Source of the DNA: Macrostomum lignano
Lineage: Eukaryota
Direction of reading: 5' to 3'
Assembly: GCA_002269645.1 (NCBI GenBank)
Contig: NIVC01000222.1
Coordinates: 1 to 64,000 of the forward strand
Length of the DNA: 64,000 nt
Each line of letters opens with the position of its first letter. Position 1 is the stretch's first letter. Of this stretch, positions 31,963 through 43,900 are shown piece by piece. A program made the translations under genes and the position numbers. The notes below the pieces were generated by a model. That model saw nothing but the letters and a program-made list of their open reading frames with translations. It searched no databases and was not told where the DNA came from.

Positions 31963-34900
31963 GTGCGAAATACTTAAATAGTGCTTCGTTCAAAATCCAC
32001 TCACAAGCTTGACAAGTTTCGAAAAGTACGAGGTATTATTGTAAAGTTACAAAGCTCAAAGCCCAGAAAGAATACACTTGAGAGATGCAAAAATTCAAAT
32101 TTCGCCATAAAAATTTGCTTTATTGCCGCGGTGGTAGCATATCATAAAAACTGGCTTGTTGAACTTGCAAAAAAGCCTGAGCAAAGCACAGAACTACAAG
32201 TAGTGATGACTAGAAAGTCAGGGTCGCATTGAATATATCGATTTTTAGGACAAAAACCATGCAATAGCTTACATAAGATAACTCCGGTGCTCAGGTGTAT
32301 GATAAATCATTAATTTTTCTTTAACTATTCCCCAAAACGTCACTTCCCAGACTTTCTTTTTACTATATAAGAGCTATCAATCCTGCAAAGCGTTTGCTTA
32401 AACCCAAAACTTCAGCAACTCAGCAACGAGGTGTCGCAGACCTGGGAATGGGTGACTCGGCTCGGCGAGCTGACCCAGCTGCACCTGAAGAATTCGGCGG
32501 ATTATCAATGGTTCTATCACGAAGCCAACGAGCTAGAAGAGGTGATCAACTCGCGAAATCTGGCTAACGCTCAAGTCGTTGGTTCGATTCCGCCAACAGG
32601 ACAGCTGAGCTCTATGCAGCGAATGAACACGGTCTTGAGTGTGAGTTTCTTCTGTGATTGCGGAAAAATGCAGGGGATAAATGGGATTAAATTGGATTTC
32701 GTGTCAAAGCGTCGGCAGGCAAATACAGTGGAGGAACGCAGAGGAAGACCAACGGGCCGCTGTCCCTCCATAACTAACTTTTGCCATCTGTTGGATGTGG
32801 CATACGAGCTGCACTGGCCCAGAAGACAGTGGCAGGGGCGCCCACGAAGACACTGTATATCGCAGCGCCCTTTAGGGGTTGCGGCCTCCTCCAATGCTCA
32901 TGGTCCAGCGAAAAAAGACAAGAAATATTCACAGAAGGGTTGTGAGTACGAAATCCTCTCACAACCAGAGTTGAGGCACGCCCTCGTGCACACGGGCTCA
33001 CAAAGGGTGTACAAGCAGCCCTTTGACTTTCTTACCTTCAGGCATGTACAACACTCTCTGTTGGGGGTTGGCCCTGATGGGTGAGAATCCAATAAATAAC
33101 TTTACCATCCACAGTCCTCATCATTATACGTCGGAAACCTTTTTACCTCCACTTGCAATGATGACTTGTAATAGGTGTACTGGTATCAAGGCGTGAAACC
33201 TAAAAAATATTTCTCTTTTCTTCAGGACAACTACTCACAGCTGCTGCTGCTGTCACAGCGCACCGACCAGCTGATGTCGAAGAGTCACAGCGTGGTGCCG
33301 CTGTACCGCCGCTGCCAGCCAGTGGATGTTGGCTATCCGGCCAGAAATATTTTCCGTTTCGACGATGGAGAGGTTTGCTTGCTTATGCGTATCTGGGGTC
33401 TGCAGTGTGGGGTCTGCAGTGTGGGGTCTGCAATCTTGGGTCTGCAGTGTGACGTCTGCAGTGTGAGGTCTGCAGTTGGGGTCTGCAGTTGAGGTCTGCA
33501 ATGTGGGGTCTGCAGTGTGGGGTCTGCAATCTTGGGTCTGCAGTGTGACGTCTGCAGTGGGGGGTCTGCAGTGTGGGGTCTGCAATGTGACGTCTGCAGT
33601 GTGGGGTCTGCAGTGTGGGGTCTGCAATGTGACGTCTGCAGTGGGGGGTCTGCAGTGTGGGGTCTGCAATGTGACGTCTGCAGTGTGGGGTCTGCAGTGT
33701 GGGGTCTGCAATGTTGGTCTGCAGTGGGATATGCATGTTCCGATGTTCACTTACTATGCATCCTATGCTCACTGATGCATCCTATGCTCACTATGCATCT
33801 TATGCTCACTATGCATCTTATGCTCACTATGCATCTTATGCTCACTATGCATCCTATGCTCACTATGCATCCTATGCTCACTATGCATCGTATGCTCACT
33901 ATGCATTCTATGCTCACTATGCATTCTATGCTCACTGATTCATTCTATGCTCACTGATTCATTCTATGCTCACTATGCATCTTATGCTCACTATGCATCC
34001 TATGCTCACTATGCATCCTATGCTCACTGATGCATCCTATGCTCACTATGCATTCTATTCTCTCCCACCAGAACACTCTGAACGACTCCGAGGAGGTGAC
34101 AATACTGGACAACTCAAACTCATTCAACTGGAAGGTGGCCAAGGCCGATGGAACAGTGATGGAGGTGCCCAGCATCTGCATCTGGCTGCCGCCGCCAGAC
34201 ACTGAGGCTGTTGAAGTGGCTGTCGTGTAAGTGAGCTTTTCCCCACTGATTCCCGCACAAATTTTGCATGCTTATGTTGTGCCCGGGTGCGCTTGCACCG
34301 ATGAGCAATCTCTGGCTCTCGGTCAAGTGCGCCCGGCACTGCACTCCCACCCCTCCTGGCCGCGTGCCTGCGCCACCCCCCCATTCTGTTTGTGTCAGCC
34401 CCCCCCATTTCTGCCTGCGCTAACCCCCCCCCTCCCCAGTTGTGTATCAGCTCTTATGCTCTGCCCCTTTTCTTTATGCGTACCCAGCCGGATTGGCTGG
34501 TCTGGGCCCTCTCTCCCCCTTTTGTTAGCCCTTGTCAATTGGTGATTGGCCAATAAGTTGGGTTTTGATAATGCTGTCTGGCGTGAGACCCTAGGGCTTA
34601 CGCCAGGCAGTCCAAATAAATAGAGAATTGCTGGCGGTGGGCAGGGCGAGCGCGCTTGTTGACGCCTGACACTAGACTACTCTTCAGAACCTACAAACTT
34701 CAACAGCAAGAATCTCAGTTCTACAAATTGACGAATTCGCTGCCTTGCCCATCGTCGAGCAGATTGGAAATCAAAGTAAGACCTGCGCCTGCATTCATTA
34801 CTCATTTGGGCTTCGTGCGAAGTGGGTACTGTACACCTCAGGGACGGACTGACTACCCTACCTCGACGCGACCCCACGCTCAGTTACGGAGTCAGTCCGG

Positions 34901-37900
34901 TCAGTGGGCTGACGCCATCTCCAGGCTCGATCACTGCAGAGCGTTCTTAGGGGGCTGTTTCGATCACGTGTAGTGACACAACACTGGTGCCGTGACCAGG
35001 ATTTAGGAGTTTAGTTTACTGTAACCTGGGTTGTACGTTTATTTGTTAGCAGCTTGCGCGCCTCTTAGATCTATGCACTGTTAGTCTGTCTCCTTCTCTA
35101 TCCCAGTCAATCTCTTAGTCTTTTCTTCCTGAAGTTGTCTTTCGAATCCCGATGGCCAACGTTGACGACCTCATCAATGCGCTTACAGCTAGAGTGCAGA
35201 ATAATTTGAACGTAGGGCAAAGAGTGCCCCGACCATCCAAGTTTGTGCTGAGTCAGGATTTTGCTCTGTGGATGCAGCAGTTTACAGCGTATTGTGAGGC
35301 TGCAGAAATCCCCGAGGAAGATAGGAAGCAGCACCTACTTAGTATGATGGACTTCAACTCAGCTTACCGAGCCATTGCCAACCTTGAGTTACCGGACGAT
35401 CTAGAGTTTGACGATTTTGTTGAGCGCCTTTCACAGCGGTTTAATCAGCATCACACCCCACAGGACAGTAAGATCGAACTGAGGGGTCGGGACCAGAAGA
35501 AGGATGAATCTGTGGAAGATTATGCCGACGCTCTTCGAGAAATTGTCCGCCGGGCCTACCCAAACCTGCCGGTAGAACAGAGAGATGAGCTAGCAAGAGA
35601 CCGGTTCCTGCTAGGTGCCAGAATCGCCGATAGAATTCGTGAACACTTGCTATTGGAGGAACCGGGTACCCTCGACGCAGCTTGTAGGCGTGTAAGACAG
35701 GGTATGGCATCCCTCCGCACAGCTCAATCGAGCACTGAGAAACCTTGGCCCTCAGCGAACGTATCCGCAAGTAACACGCAAGATGAGGCAGTCAGGCTCC
35801 GCGAAGAGCTGAAAGAACTGAGGGCGGAGCTGCAAGTCCTGAAGGCTGGATCGGGAACTGGAGTCCGCTATCATAAGCACCCTAATCCCCAACCTGCCCA
35901 GGCTGCAGCACCAGCTCAGAGAACTTTCCAGTGTGGTCGCTGCCTCGAGACCACCCACACGACCCAGCAATGCAGAAATCCTATAGTTTGCAATTACTGC
36001 AACCGGTCCGGTCACAAACGGGCTAGGTGTTTTAAACTGCAGAGAGACCAGCAGCAGACGGGAAACGGTCAGGGGACCTGGAGGCAGGGCCGCCCAGGCA
36101 CCCACCCGAACCAGCAGTAGAGGCCCAACCCAGCGCACCGAGCCAACCCGCACAAGGTACAGAACTTGGTTTTGTTGATGTGATATTTGAAGGCAGAACA
36201 AGTAGTATGGCATGTTTGCTAGATTCCGGCTCGAGTATCTCACTGTTAAGTGAAGCCGCGTGGAAGAGGAACTCGAATCGAGCCGTGTTGAAGCCAAGCT
36301 ACATAGGAGAGAGTATTCAAGTTGCAAATGGCGATGTCATAAATGTGCTGGGTGAGTGCGTTGGGGAATTTTCGATTGGCTCGCATAGATTTTGCCACAC
36401 CTTTGTCGTCGTCTCACACATACTGCATCACTGCATCCTTGGTGCAGATTTTTTCCGTTGCCAAGCAGCCAAATTGGATTTAGCGAACCTTCAGATCGTC
36501 ACTTCAGTAGGAACTTTTCCTTTTCGTATGACTTCTGAGCGACCCATCCTCTGCCGGATAGTCATTTCGAAATCGGAAACAGTTCCTGCAAATCGGTCTC
36601 AAATCATTCGAGCTAAGCTGAGTCGGAGAGGAGTGAAGGAATTTCGGTTCTTAGGAATGGCAGAGACCCGCTCCCAGACTGAAGGCCACGTGATGCTGGC
36701 TAGGTCAGTTGTCGTACCCTCTGCTGACGGTTCCGTCCCTGTCAAGATCACCAATGTGTCGGGAGAACCTGTAGTACTAACAAAAGGGAAGCAGATTGGC
36801 TGGTTCTCGCCCGTCCATGACAGCCAACCAAATCACGATCAAGAACCCAAAGCACAAGTTAACCGGGTTTCTCTCGACAAAGACTGGGATCCTGTAAAGC
36901 ATCTGGGCAGTTGGGACTCGCCGGACTTGTCCGAAGACCAGCAGGTGTCGTTCATAAAGTTGATCCGTCAGAACAGAGATTTCTTCGCCAAGGACGATAG
37001 CGAGCTGGGTTCAACGGACCAGGCAATGCATACCATAGACACCGGGGACGCCAGGCCAACTAGAGAACCACCACGCCGCATCCCACCGCACATAAGGCCA
37101 GAAATCGATAAAGAAATTGACAGGCTAATAGACTGCGGTAGGATCTACGAGTGTCAATCCCCGTGGGTCAGCCCGGTCGTACCTGTGCGGAAGAAGGACG
37201 GATCCATCAGGCTGTGCCTGGATTATCGCCGACTAAATGAAGTAACCAATCCTGACCCATTTCCGCCGCCGCGAATGGATGAAACCTTAGAAGCACTTGC
37301 AGGAAATGCTATTTTTTCAACTCTAGACTTGGCTTCAGGCTATCACCAGTGCCCGCTAGATCCTAAAGATCAACTTAAGACGGCATTCGTAGTTCCAAAT
37401 AGAGGTCAGTTCGCCTGGCGATATGTGAGTTTTGGGCTAAGAAATGCCCCTGCGACTTTCGTCAAGCTGATGAACCTTGTTATGGCTGGTCTGACATGGA
37501 GAGAGTGTCTTGTATATTTTGACGATATAATAGTTTTTTCAAAGTCCTACGAAGAGCATTTTGAGCGGCTCCAGCATGTTTTCGATCGCTTACGAACTGC
37601 TGGGATCCGCTTGAAAGCCAAGAAATGCCATTTTCTGTCCAAGGAAGCCAAGTTCTTAGGGCACGTCGTATCGTCTGAAGGTATTGCGACAGATCCTGCG
37701 AAGACAGAAGAAATTCGAAACTGGCCCACACCCAAGAATATAAAAGAACTGCAGTCATTTTTGGGCCTCTGCTCCTACTACAGAAATTTCGTGAATGACT
37801 TCTCAATAAAGGCAGCCGCGTTGTTCAAGCTCATGCGCAAGGACTCACAGTATATTTGGGGCCCAGAGCAACAGCAGGCGTTTTCCGAACTCAAGCAATC

Positions 37901-40900
37901 GCTAACATCAGCGGAGATCATGGCCTATCCAGACTTTTCCGAAGGAGCTGGACCGTTTGTGCTGGACACCGACGCCAGCTCGAAGATTGGGATCGGTGCA
38001 GTCTTGTCGCAATGCCAACCCGATGGGTCAGAGCGCGTCATTGCCTATGGATCCAGGTCGCTAGCAGATTGTGAAAGGAACTACTGCACTACCAGACTTG
38101 AACTCCTAGCGATAGTACACTTCGTAAAGCTGTACAAGTACTATTTGCTGGGAAGGAAATTTAAGATACGGACAGACCATAGCGCTCTTTCGTGGCTGAC
38201 AAGTCTTAAGGACGTCGAGGGGCAATGTGCTAGATGGCTTGAGACGCTGCAGCGTTACGACTTTGAGATCTCGCACAGGAAGGGAATTTTCCATCAGAAT
38301 GCGGACAGTCTGTCTCGTAAAGTTCGAAAGCATTGGGCCCAAGAGTCGTGCCCTTCCTGTAACAGTTCGCCACAAGCACCTGAACAGGTGAACGCTGTGT
38401 TAGCATCACCTCTCAGCGTCAAGTGCATCAGAGAGGCTCAGAGAATTGACCCGGCTCTAAAACGAGTAAGGCAGCTCCTGGAAGGTGAAGCGCTGCAAAA
38501 TGAGCCGATCAGTAGTTTAGTCGAGAGAGAGATCTGGGCCCATAGGACTCGAATAGTCGTAGAAGATGGGCTACTGCTCCTGACAGTGCCGGAGAGCTCA
38601 CAGAAGAGAATCCTCCTTCCGAGTTCCCTGTTTGAGGAAGCCGCCAAAATTCTTCATGATGGCGTCAGTGGATGCCACCTCGGAGTTAAGAAGACTCAAG
38701 GAAAGTTTAAGCAACGCTTTTGGTGGCCTGGTCTGTCTCGGAGAGTTGAAGAGTTCTGCCGAACATGTCTAGTGTGCTCAAAGTGCAAACCATCGCCAAG
38801 AAGCAGGGCACCACTGCAACCCATCCCGAGCTCATTTCCGTTCCAAAGAATCATGTGCGACATCATAGGTCCTTTGCCGAAGTCCAAGCATGGGTCGAGA
38901 TTTGTTTTGACAATCCAAGACGCATTCAGTAAATAGCCGTGTGCAATCCCGTTAACCAATCAGCGTGCCAAAACAGTAGCCCGTGCAATCTTCACGCACT
39001 GGATTTCATCATTCGGTTGTCCACAGGAGATAGTCACTGATCAGGGATCAAACTTTGAGTCAGCATTGATGAAGAACCTTTGTTCTCTGCTAGACATCCG
39101 CAAGTGTCGAACCACTCCATATCATCCGATGGCGGATGGGCAAGCAGAAAGCTTTAATAGGACTCTAAAGCACATGTTAACGTGTCAGTTAGAGCAGGAG
39201 GACAAAGATTGGGAAGACTGCATTGCGCCCGGTTTGCTAGCCTATCGTTCTAGCGTGCATAGAGGCACAGGCTACACTCCGCACTACATTCTGTTTGGTA
39301 GGGAGATGCAGCTCCCGATCGACATTGAGAATCCGACTGAGAGGGTGCCAGAGAGTTTCTCCAAGTTCACTCGTCGACTGGCTGAAGACCTTCAGCAAGC
39401 ACACGAGGCCGTGAGGGAGAATCTCAGAACCTATCAGAGGAAGCAAAAGAAGCTTTATGACAGCCAAGCTCGTGGAGCTCAGATCAATGAAGGTGATCTT
39501 GTTCTAGAATACGATCCCGTCATTAAACCGAATGAAATCCCGAAGTTCCACCGCTATTGGAAAGGCCCGGCCAAAGTCCTGAAAAAATTTTCCGATGTCA
39601 ATTACAGAATCCTGCACGATGGTGCGCGAAGGCCTAGAGTAGTCCATTTCAACAACCTAAGGAAAATCGATGCCAGCTCTAGGTTCCACGTCCCTGCCCA
39701 GAGGAGGACTCAAGCAGCGGCGGGAATCAGGTCACGTGAGCGATATTCCCGCCCGGAAGCTCCTGATCCCCCGATGCCGGTATTTGACTCTGAGCAGAAC
39801 AGTGACGCTGAATTGGAACCAGAGCCCATTTGGGCACAGCGCGTCACACACCATCAGCCTCTTGTAGCCGCTCCTCCCGAGCAAGAATTGAATCGTCGTT
39901 CTGTTCGTGCGAATCGAGGAGTTGCACCACGTCGATTCGGAGACCCAATCCTCTATTAATCTGTACCAATCTGTTTATCAATCGCTCTGGAATGTTTAAT
40001 TCTCACCCTTCTCATCGCGCCTCCAAGTTGCTGAGTACAGTACGGGTTCGTATTTTCATGCAGTTGTAATTGTATTTTGGGCAAGGATGGGCAAGGGTAG
40101 TGGCTGTCGGCGAAGCCGAGTTGGACGTCCAGAATACTGCAATCAGTGTGGAGCAAAAAATGGCAGCCCTGGAGCTACAGGTTCGGCTAGCCAAGAAACG
40201 GGATCTACCCCTCCTGGTTCGTTTGCGAGAGCGTAGACGTAGTCCAGTCGAACCCGGTGGCTCGGCCTGGCACCAGTTCTTACGGTTGCTAGTGGCGTCG
40301 GACTTTGCAAACTGTCGCATTCTAGTTGTCGAATCTTCCGACTGGCCCAAAGACACTCTCAGCCTGTACCTAGCGTCGTTGCCAAGACTGAAATTTGAAG
40401 TCACCGCCCGGGTCGTCAACAGCCGATGGCATGCCCAACGCGTCGCAGCGATACCTTCCGACCGGCTGCTAGTCGCTTCGTCAGCGCCATTCGCGGGAAA
40501 CCCAGGCAAGCCGACTGATGTCCGGAAGGCGGCGGCCTGGCTTGCTGAGGAGCGAAGCGACGGGGCTCTACCTGGTCGACTGGCTGCGGCTGCGCGTGAA
40601 TTTTATAATATTTAACTGTGTGTAAAATGCCAGCTGACAATAACAAATGCTCATGTCGTCATTGCACAGTCCTTCGTCTATGGTATGAACCCTCTTTTCG
40701 TGGAGGGGGAGGGTGTTGTGCCCGGGTGCGCTTGCACCGATGAGCAATCTCTGGCTCTCGGTCAAGTGCGCCCGGCACTGCACTCCCACCCCTCCTGGCC
40801 GCGTGCCTGCGCCACCCCCCCATTCTGTTTGTGTCAGCCCCCCCCCATTTCTGCCTGCGCTAACCCCCCCCCTCCCCAGTTGTGTATCAGCTCTTATGCT

Positions 40901-43900
40901 CTGCCCCTTTTCTTTATGCGTACCCAGCCGGATTGGCTGGTCTGGGCCCTCTCTCCCCCTTTTGTTAGCCCTTGTCAATTGGTGATTGGCCAATAAGTTG
41001 GGTTTTGATAATGCTGTCTGGCGTGAGACCCTAGGGCTTACGCCAGGCAGTCCAAATAAATAGAGAATTGCTGGCGGTGGGCAGGGCGAGCGCGCTTGTT
41101 GACGCCTGACACTAGACTACTCTTCAGAACCTACAAACTTCAACAGCAAGAATCTCAGTTCTACAAATTGACGAATTCGCTGCCTTGCCCATCGTCGAGC
41201 AGATTGGAAATCAAAGTAAGACCTGCGCCTGCATTCATTACTCATTTGGGCTTCGTGCGAAGTGGGTACTGTACACCTCAGGGACGGACTGACTACCCTA
41301 CCTCGACGCGACCCCACGCTCAGTTACGGAGTCAGTCCGGTCAGTGGGCTGACGCCATCTCCAGGCTCGATCACTGCAGAGCGTTCTTAGGGGGCTGTTT
41401 CGATCACGTGTAGTGACACAACACTTACAAACGAATGGTCAACTTCGTATAACTCAAATGTATAAGCTAATAGACTTTGATAGAAAGGATGCAATGAAAG
41501 GAGTCAATCGAAAGAAACATTCGGAAACTTTAGGGACACTAAATTGCTTAGGACAAAAACTCCCGCTAACGAGACGGGACTCTCGGTCTGTAACAGACGA
41601 AGGTTCAATTGTCCTCAGCTGTACTAGAAATGACCGATTATGGGACATTCTACAGGGACTTATTTAGAAGTTTTGTTACTGCTATGATCATTTGGTTGGG
41701 TGGCTCATTCTCGCTGATCTCCCCTCTAATCCTCAGATTCCATATCATGCCCTGCGACAGGCGCACTCTCTACTCACACTTCATAGCACGACTAAGAGCT
41801 ATGGGGGGAGACTGGGCTGATGATACCCAAAAACAGCACAACAGAGGGAAATACCTTAAAGTGCAGACGCGGCCGACGGGCAGGGCTGCTTGGCGCGGTG
41901 GTCGTCGGATTGTGACGGCGGCGGCTGCAGTCACGGACGATTCGGAGGCCTCGGATTGGGGTGGGGTTAGGGGAAGTCGCAAACGATGGGGAAGGACAGT
42001 TAGCGGTGCTTATTGGGATCTGAGGATCTAGGAGCAATCAAAGTATTTTTGGGTAAGAGTCGGTCCAGATAAAAGGTGGGAAAAGCTGCCGATTCGGGTG
42101 CTTTCGGTTTTCAGGAAAGGTTCGGTCTCGCGAGAAAACAGAACAACACAAGGGACTAAAACCCAGCGGACAGAATTTGGGGAAGATGCCGCTCAGGGCT
42201 CAAGACAGGCTCCTATTTATAGCCTTGAGATTATGCGTCACGCAAGGCCGTGACATGTCCTTGACCTCCGTTACCAAGCAACTCTGATGACGTCACCCGC
42301 TAGCCGCGCTATGATTGGACGAGGGGAGCAGCGGAGAAAATTATTGATGATGGGGGATTACGTAACAGGCAGGGAAAAGCTTGGGGAGATATACGCTCGT
42401 AGGGGGTCGTAAAGCTGTCACAACGCATGATTGATTTCGGACGACAGAAAGCAGGTGGGGTTGGTGCTCGGGGGAGCGGGTGAGCGATAAACAAGAGTCA
42501 TCCCAATGAGTCATCCCAATGTGTCATCCCAATGAGTCATCCCAATGAGTCATCCCAATGAGTCGTCCCAGAGTCATCCCAATGAGTCATCCCAAAGAGT
42601 CATCTCAATGAGTCATTCCAATGAGTCAACTCAATGAGTCATTACCAATGATCCATCTCAATGAGTCATCCCAATGAGTCATCACGGGGCACAGGTATCA
42701 CAGAGGAGAAAGGGAGGGTGCGTAAAACTCATTGGAGGCCCAGGGCGCTGCTACATCAAATGTAGTGTTGAGAAGGTTTTGAAATAACTTTCTAAGATAC
42801 GAAGTTTTCCGGTATTTACGGTAACGTTATTATTTTTGGCTAGCTACTGGAGCAATTATTTTTAATAATCAATGACAAGGACTTGAAAGTTAGAAAAGTT
42901 ACTTCCTCTTAATAATTTCTAAAAGTAAATTCTCAAATAATAAATAACTACTTCTTTACTTCGTCACCATTACTAAAATGTTACCAATGGAATGAAATTT
43001 GACTAGGTTGAATGTAAAAAGTATAGTTAATGCATTTTTGGTAGTAAATTTATACTAAAAACGGAGTTATAGGTCGGTTAATAGAACCAAAAATTACCAA
43101 AAAATTGTTAATGATTTTCGTCGAGGTAATTATATTACAAACGATTTTTATTACTTTTAACGGAACGATCTCTATACTTCCGTAGTACCGTTTTTAAATT
43201 GAAACGTTCCTAACGCAGCAAAAACTGTCCGCACTTACCTGCGCATTTCCTCTGGCAAAAAACGTTTCTAGAATTCAACGCAAGCTGCGCAACACGTGGG
43301 CAAGTCTGCTAACCGAAGTTCAGCAGTGGCTGACGCAGTTCTACTCCGACTATTTGCAGAAGCTGCTCAGCAATGACACCGTGGTGAGCTGTTTAACGCT
43401 GACTAAAATCTGTTTCAAACGTAGTTTCTTTTTAACTATAATAAGATTTTATCAGACAGTAAGCTCTTCATTGCACCCTTATAGACTGCGGAGCCATCAG
43501 CTCAGCTGACATTCCTGAACTTTCTCACCCAGCTGGAGGAAGCCCTCAGTGACGGCGTACTGGGAGACGAGGGCCAGCAGCGAAGTCAGCTGGTTGAAGC
43601 GGTTCAAGCCGTTCGAGACCGACTCGTGCTCAGTTGTGAGTTATTCATGCTGATAATTACTTTTCAAATAATCTACCTAACGGGGATGGGCTTTAAGGTA
43701 CCAAAGGACTCCAATAATTCAATCTGAGAATTCAATCAAACTCCAGTTCAAAGAGCACATAAAGAGCCATGGTATTTTCATTGGGGGAGGCATCATTTTA
43801 CAAGTAGTTGAGTGTTCGCCAGCACCAGGGGCTTTAGCACCAGGGACTTTAGCACCAGGGGCTTTAGCACCACGGGCTTTAGCACCAAGGGCTTTAGCAC

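Larger units (their letters stand above)
34275..41423 (+). mobile_element. Full-length Ty3/Gypsy LTR retrotransposon (~7.15 kb), intronic, sense to the host gene
   Basis: TG...CA LTRs at 34275-34983 and 40714-41423; 4-bp TSD CTTA (34271-34274, 41424-41427); PBS; PPT; gag; pol in PR-RT-RH-IN order. Confidence 0.97.

Noticed and set aside
32660-33100. Cys-rich intronic ORFs (possible CXC/zinc domain or TE fragment)
   Set aside because: No consistent motif spacing, interrupted by stops, no splice support.
34656-34973. 105-aa ORF duplicated at 41096-41413
   Set aside because: It lies wholly within the LTRs, starts at TTG and has no recognisable motif.
40070-40615. env gene
   Set aside because: Too short, with no signal peptide, transmembrane helix or furin/fusion motif; TatD motifs fit better.
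41609-42037. ORFs downstream of the 3' LTR
   Set aside because: No recognisable domain on either strand; left unassigned.
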